In this document: one piece after another, positions 1 to 8,020 of the stretch | Position numbering within the stretch: position 1 is the first letter of the stretch | How the letters are laid out: every line of letters begins with the position of its first letter | Source: a virus | Taxonomy: Duplodnaviria > Heunggongvirae > Uroviricota > Caudoviricetes | IMG/VR virus record: IMGVR_UViG_2541047797_000007 | Length of the DNA: 40,315 nt | Reading direction: 5' to 3' (one strand) | The notes under the pieces: model-generated | Databases searched by the model: none | Told to the model about the DNA's origin: nothing | What the model saw: the letters and a program-made list of their open reading frames with translations, nothing else | Position numbers and translations under genes: made by a program

Positions 1-516
1 ATGAAATTTAAAAAATGTCTTCTGCCTGTGGCAATGTTAGCGTCATTCACTCTGGCAGGATGCCAGTCAAATGCTGATGATCATGCCGCCGATGTTTATC
101 AAACCGATCAACTGAATACCAAACAAGAAACTAAAACCGTTAATATTATTTCCATTCTTCCCGCAAAAGTTGCCGTAGACAACGCCCAAAATAAACGGAA
201 CGCACAAGCCTTCGGCGCGCTTATTGGCGCTGTCGCTGGCGGTGTTATCGGCCACAACGTCGGGTCTGGCAGCAATTCCGGAACGACGGCAGGTGCAGTT
301 GGCGGCGGAGCTGTAGGCGCGGCAGCGGGTTCTATGGTGAATGATAAAACCTTAGTGGAAGGTGTTTCTTTAACATATAAGGAAGGCACCAAAGTGTATA
401 CCTCCACCCAAGTGGGTAAAGAGTGCCAGTTTACGACAGGTTTAGCCGTTGTTATTACCACGACGTATAACGAAACGCGTATTCAGCCAAATACCAAATG
501 TCCTGAAAAGAGCTAA
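1..516 (+). CDS. Putative outer-membrane lipoprotein with Gly-rich glycine-zipper segment; likely host flank
   Basis: Complete ORF starting ATG at 1. Signal peptide plus lipobox (LAGC) at the N-terminus, then a Gly/Ala-rich hydrophobic stretch (GALIGAVAGGVIGHNVG...GGGAVGAAAG) typical of small glycine-zipper lipoproteins. No phage-like features. Confidence 0.7.
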   Translation: MKFKKCLLPVAMLASFTLAGCQSNADDHAADVYQTDQLNTKQETKTVNIISILPAKVAVDNAQNKRNAQAFGALIGAVAGGVIGHNVGSGSNSGTTAGAVGGGAVGAAAGSMVNDKTLVEGVSLTYKEGTKVYTSTQVGKECQFTTGLAVVITTTYNETRIQPNTKCPEKS

Positions 517-531
517 TAATCAGGAGGAGTC

Positions 532-1071
532 ATGAAGAAAGTTTTTCTTTGCGCCATCTTAGCCTCCTTAAGCTATCCGGCTATCGCCTCATCATTGCAG
601 GATCAACTCTCGGCTGTCGCAGAAGCGGAACAGCAAGGTAAAAATGAAGAGCAAAGGCAGCATGACGAATGGGTCGCGGAGCGCAACAGGGAAATCCAGC
701 AAGAGAAGCAACGTCGCGCAAACGCCCAGGCCGCGGCTAATAAAAGAGCGGCAACGGCAGCAGCGAATAAGAAAGCTCGTCAGGATAAACTGGACGCCGA
801 AGCCACTGCGGACAAAAAACGCGATCAAAGTTATGAAGATGAGCTACGTAGCTTAGAGATTCAGAAACAAAAACTGGCGCTGGCGAAAGAAGAAGCCCGC
901 GTTAAGCGCGAAAACGAATTTATCGATCAGGAACTGAAGCACAAAGCTGCGCAAACCGATGTGGTGCAATCTGAAGCTGACGCAAACAGAAATATGACTG
1001 AAGGCGGTCGCGATCTGATGAAAAGCGTGGGTAAAGCAGAAGAGAATAAATCAGATAGCTGGTTTAACTAA
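532..1071 (+). CDS. Secreted charged coiled-coil protein (signal peptide), function unknown; likely host flank
   Basis: SD AGGAGG 7 nt upstream of the ATG; N-terminal signal peptide (MKKVFLCAILASLSYPAIA); remainder highly charged K/E/R/A-rich; followed by an intrinsic terminator. Confidence 0.65.
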   Translation: MKKVFLCAILASLSYPAIASSLQDQLSAVAEAEQQGKNEEQRQHDEWVAERNREIQQEKQRRANAQAAANKRAATAAANKKARQDKLDAEATADKKRDQSYEDELRSLEIQKQKLALAKEEARVKRENEFIDQELKHKAAQTDVVQSEADANRNMTEGGRDLMKSVGKAEENKSDSWFN

Positions 1072-1110
1072 ACGATGTTAGTAACTTCAAACCTATAATT
1101 CTTTAGGATA

Positions 1111-1143
1111 AAAAACCCTCTGTAGTAACAGAGGGTTTTGTTC
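1111..1143 (+). terminator. Rho-independent terminator downstream of the 532..1071 gene
   Basis: Hairpin AAACCCTCTG / CAGAGGGTTT with loop TAGTAA followed by a T-rich run; flanked by an A-run upstream so it could act in both directions. Confidence 0.65.
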
Positions 1144-1170
1144 ATTCATAGTGCAGGGTCAAATCATTCC

Positions 1171-1207
1171 CACTCAATTATTTACGGACACCATAACTAA
1201 TTGAGTG
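1171..1207. repeat. Perfect 10-bp inverted repeat (CACTCAATTA / TAATTGAGTG) with 17-bp spacer in the host-prophage junction
   Basis: Read directly from the sequence between the host terminator and the Rz stop; candidate att-arm or recombinase/IHF-binding element, function unproven. Confidence 0.35.
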
Positions 1208-1288
1208 ATAACATTTTTCCAAAGATGAATTTTTCTCGTACCGTTTTATATACCGTCACCGGAAATCAGTACCATGAAAAATGCCATG

Positions 1289-1771
1289 CTATCTGGTCAG
1301 TGTGTCGTACTGTTTTTCGCAGACTCTTCCGGCTTCGGCTGCCCGGTCAGCATACTCTGCCAGTTGTCTGTTTCTCTCGAGAGATTTGCTGAGCACGTCG
1401 GCAAGCAAAACTCCGGTGTCTGCGGCTGACGTCCCAGCGCCGACAATGGCGTTATACTGCCTGAGCTGCTCACGGATGGCAAAGAGTTGTTGCTGCAACC
1501 GGCCAGCGCGAGCGGCAGCATCAAGAGCATCATTGCGCGCCTGGTCGATCCTCTGCTGAGCTTCACGTTCATTGGCCACTTTCTCCTGTTCGTAGTACTG
1601 ACGAACTTTGTCTTCTTCGGCTTTGCGGTCTTCTTCCGCCTGCGCATACCCGGCACCGTACTGGCGACTGCCGTGTATATTCCAGGAAACCACTCCGACG
1701 ATGAACAGAGCAGCAAGCATCAACACAATAAGCATCTGTTTCCAATATGCTTTTACGAATGCCCAGATCAT
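1289..1771 (-). CDS. Rz-like i-spanin (lysis protein)
   Basis: N-terminal transmembrane segment followed by a charged coiled-coil region; 4-nt overlap (ATGA) with the upstream endolysin gene; an Rz1-like lipoprotein ORF is embedded in another frame. Confidence 0.75.
   Translation of the reverse strand: MIWAFVKAYWKQMLIVLMLAALFIVGVVSWNIHGSRQYGAGYAQAEEDRKAEEDKVRQYYEQEKVANEREAQQRIDQARNDALDAAARAGRLQQQLFAIREQLRQYNAIVGAGTSAADTGVLLADVLSKSLERNRQLAEYADRAAEAGRVCEKQYDTLTR
1297..1533 (-). CDS. Rz1-like o-spanin lipoprotein, embedded out of frame inside the Rz gene
   Basis: Internal Met of ORF 1297..1716 gives MMLLMLPLALAGCSNN... : signal peptide plus lipobox Cys, short Pro-rich mature part, wholly contained in Rz. 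Start position inferred. Confidence 0.6.
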   Translation of the reverse strand: MMLLMLPLALAGCSNNSLPSVSSSGSITPLSALGRQPQTPEFCLPTCSANLSRETDNWQSMLTGQPKPEESAKNSTTH

Positions 1772-2397
1772 ATAGCCAGCACCTTACTGGCAGTGACGTA
1801 CCGCGCGCGCCGGTCGTCGATGCCGTTCCGGCCACCATTGATAATCAGAGTTACACGTGCAATATCGCCGGTATACTTCATGCATCCTTTGCTGGCAAAG
1901 AACCACGCCGCGCTACGAGCCGCGTATTCGTCCTGCGCCAGCAGTTCAGGACTCTCCAGCAGGTCAACCTTAAGACCGTTTCCACAGTCACGATAGTTAT
2001 TCAAACCGGTAATCTGGATAAGTCCGCGACCACGGTAATTCCAGCCATCACCAGAGGCATTGTTACCCATGCGTTTGCTGTACACCAGATTTGCGATCGC
2101 GCGCTGGCGCTCGAGTGGCAATGGTGGCTCACCAGCACGGCGGCCCAGTGCGTTAGCCTGTCCCTGGGTGAGACGCCCAGCCCGAACGAAGTTAGCCAGT
2201 CCGGTGACGCTGTAGTTGAAATTTTCCTGCAACCGGTTGAAGCCACCAGACTCATGCCCGACCTGAGCAATAAACATTGCCTGATCTTCGGGTTTGCTGA
2301 TACCAAACTCTTTCATCGCAGAAGTTATATGCGAGAACCAGCGTGCGGCCAGCGCCTCGCTAATACCAGCAGCTCGCTGGAATTGTTTAATCTCCAT
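1768..2397 (-). CDS. Endolysin, glycoside hydrolase family 19 (chitinase-like lysozyme)
   Basis: Protein from MEIKQFQRAAG...: motifs FIAQVGHESGGF and NYRGRGLIQITG are typical of GH19 phage lysozymes. The ORF-track N-terminal extension (to 2628) is rejected; ATG at 2395-2397 gives 209 aa. Confidence 0.8.
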   Translation of the reverse strand: MEIKQFQRAAGISEALAARWFSHITSAMKEFGISKPEDQAMFIAQVGHESGGFNRLQENFNYSVTGLANFVRAGRLTQGQANALGRRAGEPPLPLERQRAIANLVYSKRMGNNASGDGWNYRGRGLIQITGLNNYRDCGNGLKVDLLESPELLAQDEYAARSAAWFFASKGCMKYTGDIARVTLIINGGRNGIDDRRARYVTASKVLAI

Positions 2398-2695
2398 GTT
2401 TAGACCTCGATATTTTGAAAATATGAACAACGTTACCGCGTGTTTTAATAACCGCGGCAAGCATGACAGCGTTGATAATGACCTCAGATAAATCCACAGC
2501 CATTGGCGTGCGTAACCAGATTGCATAGACGACACGAACAGGAATACTTGCCGCAGCAACAATAAGGAAATAAGCAAGCCACCCTCCCCATCTTCGATGT
2601 TGAGAGCCGTTACGCCGGAATGTGACAACGCGAATTGCTATGCCAGTACAAATAACTGCATTGGTGATAAGCAAAAAAAACTCATGCGTTACCAT
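2387..2695 (-). CDS. Small membrane protein in the lysis cassette (holin or antiholin candidate)
   Basis: 102 aa with 2-3 predicted hydrophobic helices; overlaps the endolysin start and the upstream membrane gene. Confidence 0.5.
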   Translation of the reverse strand: MVTHEFFLLITNAVICTGIAIRVVTFRRNGSQHRRWGGWLAYFLIVAAASIPVRVVYAIWLRTPMAVDLSEVIINAVMLAAVIKTRGNVVHIFKISRSKHGD

Positions 2696-3086
2696 CGTCT
2701 TTTCTCCCCGGAATTAACTCGCGTGGATTATCGGAACGGTGATAGAGCCAGATGCCAATACGCACGGCGACAATTGCTGACACGAATGCGCCTGCAGAGA
2801 AAACAATCCCTTTTTCAAAAGAGTCCTGCGTGATGGTAGGGATCAGGCTGGCTATGCCGATAAGAATTGATGCTGCTGGTTTGTAAAAGAGAAGGCCGCA
2901 AAGAAAGCTGAGCATCGACAGGAGCACCCGGCGACGGATGGGGTACTCTACTGCAGAGGTAACAAAAATTACCGCCCCAGCCAAAGCCCCTAAAGCAACC
3001 TCCGGAGGGACACCTGCAATAACCGCAGCAAGAGAACTAACACTAAGCCACTGATTTGAAGTTTCATTGGTTAGTTGGAATGACAT
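2682..3086 (-). CDS. Holin-like membrane protein
   Basis: 134 aa with several hydrophobic helices and a charged C-terminus, immediately upstream of the second membrane protein and endolysin. Confidence 0.55.
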   Translation of the reverse strand: MSFQLTNETSNQWLSVSSLAAVIAGVPPEVALGALAGAVIFVTSAVEYPIRRRVLLSMLSFLCGLLFYKPAASILIGIASLIPTITQDSFEKGIVFSAGAFVSAIVAVRIGIWLYHRSDNPRELIPGRKDDGNA

Positions 3087-3158
3087 AACGAAACCCGTTT
3101 ATTTGCAAACACCCTGCTTCAGGAAAAGTATACCGCGCAACAACACACCATTTACGGT

Positions 3159-5621
3159 TCAATTCCCTGTTAATTGCAAAACTTGCTCTTCCAGCTTTTT
3201 AACCCTGCGTCTCATCATCGCAGATTCCAGAATCAGAGCCTCTTCATAACGGATACCGTAACATTCACCAGCCTCGACGGCTTCGCGTACCAGAACCTTT
3301 GTCTGTATAAGTGGGTAAACTCCTGCAGAATGCTCTTCTTCCGTCACATCCCTGTATTCTGCCGGGGTCTCATTCCACTTGTCATAACAGATAAATGCCA
3401 GTCGTGACACATCTATGCCTTCATTCTGAAATACACTGATAACATGCTGCGCAACTGCACCAAAGTGCCATCTTGCTCCGTCTTTACCTTTCACTTCGAT
3501 CCTGTCAAGGTACTGGTATGAAACCCATTCCACTCTTTCCCATGCGTCCAGTATTTTCTCATCAATAACCTCTGGAGCAGTCTTGAAACGCGCATCGGAC
3601 AGCACCGTAAACGCTGACTGGGTAAATCCCCCCGACCATGCACGACCAGCCAACCCAAGAGAATAAGTATTCGTTGTCGATGGTGTCATGGCTGAATCAG
3701 AAAACTGTATATATTCTGAATTTCCAGTAGATATTCGAATATTTCCATTTATTAGCGACATAGTGCCTTTAGTATTATCACTATTGAATAATTTCAATTG
3801 CGAACTTATACCGCCTCCCACAGCCAGAGATACATCGCCTTCAGCAAGCATTCTGAATTTATCTGCAGAAACAAGCGTCTGGTTAGCAAGGTTAAAATAT
3901 TTAACCCACCATTCAAAACGCCCTGACATAGTCCCAACGTACTGACCAAGCGCAGGGACGTGAACAACATTGCTATTTGTAGTGCCGTCTATACTGGAAA
4001 TACCAGTCACCGCTGATGCAGAACTCAGAATATTATTTCTGTCACCCGGATGTTTAATTTCAACAAAGTTCCTGATACACCCTTCCTCGAAGGTAACCAC
4101 GCCGGAAGAACTATACATGGGGAATATTGACGCATAATTACTGCGTGCAGCATCTAAGAAACGAATGGTTGTAGATGTCTGCAGATCTCCTGATTCATTT
4201 TTCCCATCACACCCAGTCATTAGAATATTACTGGCAATATTATTATTTCCCTGAACGGTGACGCCGTGCGCCTGCTTTGCGTCCGATTCAGAGTAATCAA
4301 CCAGCACATCCGAAATCAGGTTACCAGTCCCCTTGCCAACAACTACTGCGGCGTATTTTGGGTTGTTAGCCATTACACTGCTAATGATATTATTCGTTGG
4401 GGCAGTTTCCGTCTCAGTTCCATTGTAAACAACGTGCTGACACTCTTCACCAATAACATTGCTGACAATGTTATATTTTGCTGCTGTTTTAAGTTCCACT
4501 GCACCAAACTGAGGATAATTTCTGGCTATCACACCATCAATTAGCGTATTTTGCGATGAATCAAAAAGCACACAACCTGCTTTTTTATTATTTGCGAACC
4601 CTAAATACTCTCCTCTTATATCTCTAACAATGTAACCTGACGGAATACCATTATCCGGATAAGCGATCAAGCTAAATCCTGGTCCTCGCGTATTTGTAAA
4701 TCTGATATTTTTAACCGATACATCATGGCCACCTGAAAATGACACCTGGTGTCCCTGCACACTATCATCTGATTTATTTCCCATAATTGTTAGCGTACTA
4801 AGCATGCCACCATCGGGCATGTTAAAAACCAGATGATTACCATCTCTGTCATACTGTTTTATCGTTCCCCCACCTGTTCCGTACAAGCCACAACGTGAAA
4901 GAGAAACTAAAGATGTATTGAATACCCCTTCCGGAACAAAAACACTGCTAAACGAATGTAATGATTTTGTAAAAGCATCCTTGTTATCATTTAAGATTCC
5001 ATTTTGAGCTCCAAAATCCTTAATGCTGACACCATCACGCATCTTATCCTGGAACGTTCTGTATACCGCTCCAGAACCATACTGAATAAACCAACCAAAA
5101 CCACCAATAACTCCGGCGATTGCAGCATCGACATAATTACGCATTGAGCGATTATTTACAGCGTCCTGCTCAAGTGATGGATCGGCAAGGTTAGATATTC
5201 TGTTTTGCTTTGCATCGTAATATTTTGCAAGCAAAGATGGTTTCATCAATGCACGTCTGAACCACCCAAAACATCGCTGGATCAGCATCGTCAGGTAGTC
5301 AAATGCATCCTCATGAACTTCGGGGAAAAATTTTCCCTGATTGCGAAGATCAGTCTCCTGCACCACATCAAGCACACGCTCTATCGTGATTCGCCAGCCA
5401 GCAGCAAGCGGCGACGGAAGAACCACTGCACCGCCACTATAAGTTCCCGCCCCTGTTACCGTATAACCAGCATCCAGCACTAGTTTTGTAACGTTACCGT
5501 TAAGGTCAGACACCTGAACAACCAGGTCGGATTTTTTGAAAATACGGAAGGTATACGGAAATGATGTCGTAACGCCGTTACCTGTGTATTCGTTGTGGTC
5601 AACTTCGGTTGAGACCGTCAT
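3159..5621 (-). CDS. Tailspike / tail fiber with conserved N-terminal particle-binding domain, central beta-helix-like region and C-terminal intramolecular chaperone (peptidase S74-like) domain
   Basis: N-terminus MTVSTEVDHNEYTGNGVTTSFPYTF is a conserved phage tailspike anchor motif; Gly/Asn/Ser/Thr-rich central region; C-terminal roughly 150 aa (..LSDARFKT...GARWHFGAVAQ..) resembles the auto-cleaving chaperone domain. SD GGAG upstream of the ATG at 5621. Confidence 0.85.
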   Translation of the reverse strand: MTVSTEVDHNEYTGNGVTTSFPYTFRIFKKSDLVVQVSDLNGNVTKLVLDAGYTVTGAGTYSGGAVVLPSPLAAGWRITIERVLDVVQETDLRNQGKFFPEVHEDAFDYLTMLIQRCFGWFRRALMKPSLLAKYYDAKQNRISNLADPSLEQDAVNNRSMRNYVDAAIAGVIGGFGWFIQYGSGAVYRTFQDKMRDGVSIKDFGAQNGILNDNKDAFTKSLHSFSSVFVPEGVFNTSLVSLSRCGLYGTGGGTIKQYDRDGNHLVFNMPDGGMLSTLTIMGNKSDDSVQGHQVSFSGGHDVSVKNIRFTNTRGPGFSLIAYPDNGIPSGYIVRDIRGEYLGFANNKKAGCVLFDSSQNTLIDGVIARNYPQFGAVELKTAAKYNIVSNVIGEECQHVVYNGTETETAPTNNIISSVMANNPKYAAVVVGKGTGNLISDVLVDYSESDAKQAHGVTVQGNNNIASNILMTGCDGKNESGDLQTSTTIRFLDAARSNYASIFPMYSSSGVVTFEEGCIRNFVEIKHPGDRNNILSSASAVTGISSIDGTTNSNVVHVPALGQYVGTMSGRFEWWVKYFNLANQTLVSADKFRMLAEGDVSLAVGGGISSQLKLFNSDNTKGTMSLINGNIRISTGNSEYIQFSDSAMTPSTTNTYSLGLAGRAWSGGFTQSAFTVLSDARFKTAPEVIDEKILDAWERVEWVSYQYLDRIEVKGKDGARWHFGAVAQHVISVFQNEGIDVSRLAFICYDKWNETPAEYRDVTEEEHSAGVYPLIQTKVLVREAVEAGECYGIRYEEALILESAMMRRRVKKLEEQVLQLTGN

Positions 5622-5725
5622 GTTAAATCTCCAGATAGTCGCAGCACCCGTTGCGCCGCATATCTGGTTATTCTATTACCTGAAAAACCACATATGGATA
5701 GAAAGAGTATGAATACGAATAGATA

Positions 5726-5740
5726 TTACCTTTCGGGTAA
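5726..5740. promoter_or_regulatory. Operator-like site TTACCTTTCGGGTAA (TTACC-N5-GGTAA family)
   Basis: Perfect inverted-repeat half-sites, intergenic between the tailspike start and the plus-strand moron island. Confidence 0.6.
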
Positions 5741-5817
5741 TTTGCAAAACGTGCTGGATAGCAAACAAATTATTTGATACTGTATAAATATACAGTTATT
5801 GCATGGAGAAGATTAAG

Positions 5818-6075
5818 ATGCAGCAGTATCACTATCCACTGGAAGAGGGATTTACCGAAAGGATTCACACGCCGGGAGGCGTCAGGTCACTGGTGGAGGG
5901 ATCGCACTTGATGAAATTACTCCGGGATCTCGATAAGGATGGATTTAATGTCGATGGCCCACTTGCCGAACTGACTGCACTGATTAACTACGTCACCAGC
6001 TCACAGATGTCTATGCAGGATCTGCAAACACATCTCGACTATTGTGCCGAACAATTACGAAAACAAACCAGATAA
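5818..6075 (+). CDS. Small protein homologous to the C-terminal domain of the downstream antirepressor
   Basis: Residues RIHTPGGVRSLVEGSHLMKLLRDL...ELTALINYV...QTHLDY align with Ant C-terminus [24 protein letters not shown]...ELTTMFCYI...QTHAEY. Start chosen at the second ATG (5818), which has SD GGAGAAG; the ORF track starts at 5803. Confidence 0.55.
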   Translation: MQQYHYPLEEGFTERIHTPGGVRSLVEGSHLMKLLRDLDKDGFNVDGPLAELTALINYVTSSQMSMQDLQTHLDYCAEQLRKQTR

Positions 6076-6106
6076 GGTTTGCAATTACCAAATGGAGTGC
6101 TTATAT

Positions 6107-6121
6107 TTACCTTTGCGGTAA
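6107..6121. promoter_or_regulatory. Operator-like site TTACCTTTGCGGTAA
   Basis: Perfect TTACC-N5-GGTAA, extended dyad ATTTACC...GGTAAAT, in the leader between the Ant-domain paralog and ant. Confidence 0.6.
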
Positions 6122-6210
6122 ATTTACATCGCACTCCTCTTGTGCCATAGTAATCGGGCACTGGCAAAATCCAGTGCCGGGATTGGTCTCCCGGATTACT
6201 AAGTGGCGCA

Positions 6211-6236
6211 TACCACGCCAGACGTGGTTTTTTTAT
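6211..6236 (+). terminator. Intrinsic terminator / attenuator in the ant leader
   Basis: Hairpin ACCACG-CCAGA-CGTGGT followed by TTTTTTTA; preceded by further stem-loops at 6140-6200. Confidence 0.5.
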
Positions 6237-6392
6237 GCGTATAGCACAGTCATGCCAGAATTATGGTGGGCTGAATGGGGGTCCGAAAGGACGCCGGTAC
6301 CACTTAGGCCGGTAAGACCAACTCCGTTCAGTTCACCACCATCTGATTGGTCTCAGCGGTGGTGATGTAATTCGCTAAGTGGAGACGCCATC

Positions 6393-7049
6393 ATGAACGC
6401 TCAACTCATCCCCGTATTCAACGGCACTATATCTAACGAAACAGCCCTACTTTGTAATGCCCGCGATCTGCACGCTTTTTTAGGTGTTAAAAAGGTGTTT
6501 GCAGCATGGATTACAAATCGCATATCAGAATACGAATTCATTGAAAATCAAGACTATATTTTGCTTTCCAATTTGGGAAAGCAAACATCTGGTAGAGGCG
6601 GCCACAACCGCAAAGAGTACCACCTCACCCTTGATACAGCCAAAGAGCTGGCGATGGTCGAGCGTAACGAAAAAGGTCGTCAGGTACGACGCTACTTCAT
6701 TGAATGCGAGAAACGTTTAAGACAACAAGAAACAAAAGTGGAGAAGGTCTTGTCAGGCTTCATGCCCGCCATTATGGAGGCGATCAAGCTGGAAGACAAA
6801 AAAGAATACAGTGCCCCGCTGAAGCCCGGCTACCGCAGCCTGATTCATTCGCCGTCTGGTGTTCTCGGCCTGACGGAGAACTCACTGCTGATGAATCTGC
6901 TGAACCAGTTACAGGAAGACGGGCACGACGTATCGGGCGCGGCGGCGGAACTGACCACCATGTTCTGCTACATCGTCGGTGTGAGCAAATGCCTGCGTGA
7001 TATCCAGACCCACGCGGAGTACATCAACGACAAGGCAGGGTTCTTCTGA
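6393..7049 (+). CDS. Phage antirepressor (AntA/AntB-type N-terminal domain)
   Basis: N-terminal region [36 protein letters not shown] matches the AntA antirepressor signature as I recall it; SD GGAG upstream; opposite strand to the surrounding late genes. Confidence 0.75.
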   Translation: MNAQLIPVFNGTISNETALLCNARDLHAFLGVKKVFAAWITNRISEYEFIENQDYILLSNLGKQTSGRGGHNRKEYHLTLDTAKELAMVERNEKGRQVRRYFIECEKRLRQQETKVEKVLSGFMPAIMEAIKLEDKKEYSAPLKPGYRSLIHSPSGVLGLTENSLLMNLLNQLQEDGHDVSGAAAELTTMFCYIVGVSKCLRDIQTHAEYINDKAGFF

Positions 7050-7174
7050 CAGAACGGCGGCACAGGGATGTGCCTTTAAATAATTCTGTACGATTGCAGA
7101 CAGGGGGGTGAATAGAGTACTATTACCTTACGGGTGATCCATAGCGATTAGGCACCGATACAGGAGGAGCCCAC

Positions 7175-7207
7175 ATGAGAAAATTTGACGAGTACGAAGG
7201 CGTTTAA
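7175..7207 (+). CDS. Possible 10-codon leader mini-ORF (MRKFDEYEGV) with strong SD
   Basis: AGGAGG at 7162-7167, 7 nt upstream of the ATG at 7175; lies between two operator-like sites upstream of the 211-aa gene. Speculative. Confidence 0.25.
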   Translation: MRKFDEYEGV

Positions 7208-7223
7208 CATTCGGATAGTTCAT

Positions 7224-7238
7224 TTACCCTAATGGTAA
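7224..7238. promoter_or_regulatory. Operator-like site TTACCCTAATGGTAA
   Basis: Perfect TTACC-N5-GGTAA, extended ATTTACC...GGTAAAT, 41 bp upstream of the 7279 start; a one-mismatch copy at 7124-7138. Confidence 0.6.
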
Positions 7239-7278
7239 ATCCCGCTTAAAGAAGCATCTATATATTATGAGGTGATGT

Positions 7279-7914
7279 ATGCCACAACAACTGCTGAATC
7301 CGGCAAAGGTAACTGAGGTTTTCGCTCATCTGAACGAAACTCCAGACAACCGCGCCCTGTATTCAGAGTTAGTGAACGGCAACGATGTCACATCTGATGT
7401 CAAAGGCGTTTCTCTGGCTCCTGGATACCGCGTTGTCCGTGTAGACGATCGTAAGAAAGGCGAGATTCCACAGGCGCACTTTGAACTGTCATTGATAAAT
7501 GACCTCACCGAAGAGGTAGTGTATTACAATCGTGTCATTATCCAGCCTGACAGCTATCTTAACTGCCGTCCTGTCACGCAGATATTGGTATGGAGAACCC
7601 AGAAGCCTAAGCATCGTGCTGTGCTTCATGATTTCGCCGGCATCATCTTCATGAACTACCTCTTGGAACGGTACGATATCATCGTGTCAGATCGCAACCA
7701 GACTCATGAAGGCATGTCGTTCTGGCAGGCTCGCATGTATGACGCACTGGAACTTGGCCTCCACCTCTATGGTTACGACATGATGACATGCGAGCTGATA
7801 GAGATGAATAACGAGGAAGAGCTTGAGAAAGGTGAAACCTGGTTGTGGGGTGATGCGGAAAACTTCCAAAACAGATTGGCCATAATTTCAAAGCATAAGC
7901 TGCCAATAAAATAG
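7279..7914 (+). CDS. Hypothetical protein (211 aa), moron with its own terminator
   Basis: SD GAGGTGA upstream; no motif I recognise; followed by an intrinsic terminator; embedded antisense in the late operon. Confidence 0.6.
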   Translation: MPQQLLNPAKVTEVFAHLNETPDNRALYSELVNGNDVTSDVKGVSLAPGYRVVRVDDRKKGEIPQAHFELSLINDLTEEVVYYNRVIIQPDSYLNCRPVTQILVWRTQKPKHRAVLHDFAGIIFMNYLLERYDIIVSDRNQTHEGMSFWQARMYDALELGLHLYGYDMMTCELIEMNNEEELEKGETWLWGDAENFQNRLAIISKHKLPIK

Positions 7915-7920
7915 TTCTTT

Positions 7921-7945
7921 AAGCCCGCGACGCGGGCTTTTTTGT
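7921..7945 (+). terminator. Rho-independent terminator after the 211-aa gene
   Basis: GC-rich hairpin GCCCG-CGACG-CGGGC followed by TTTTTTG. Confidence 0.75.
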
Positions 7946-7981
7946 GTCTGCGGATTCCCGCCCTGGCGGCGGTGGCATTCG

Positions 7982-8007
7982 TTAAAAACAAGGCCGCGAA
8001 AGCGGCC
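7982..8007 (-). terminator. Rho-independent terminator (minus strand) directly downstream of palindrome copy 1
   Basis: On the minus strand: GGCCGC-TTTC-GCGGCC hairpin followed by TTGTTTTTAAC; convergent with the plus-strand terminator at 7921. Confidence 0.7.
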
Positions 8008-8008
8008 T

Positions 8009-8020
8009 GTGACATGTCAC
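8009..8020. repeat. Perfect 12-bp palindrome GTGACATGTCAC, copy 1 of 3
   Basis: Exact match read from the sequence; overlaps the stop of the 8017..8313 gene and abuts the terminator hairpin. Confidence 0.9.

Noticed and set aside
1768-2628. 286-aa version of the endolysin ORF with a long N-terminal extension
   Set aside because: The extension overlaps the upstream membrane-protein gene in another frame and lacks lysozyme motifs; the conserved protein begins at the ATG at 2395-2397 (MEIKQFQ...).
6042-6365. 107-aa plus-strand ORF in the ant leader
   Set aside because: Low-complexity Trp/Pro/Ser-rich translation across a region full of hairpins and a terminator; better explained as structured non-coding RNA.
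8009-8020. GTGACATGTCAC as a sigma-70 promoter (contains TGACA on both strands) or a CRP/FNR site
   Set aside because: No acceptable -10 hexamer at 16-18 bp spacing on either strand at any of the three copies; the half-site spacing does not match CRP (N6) or FNR consensus.
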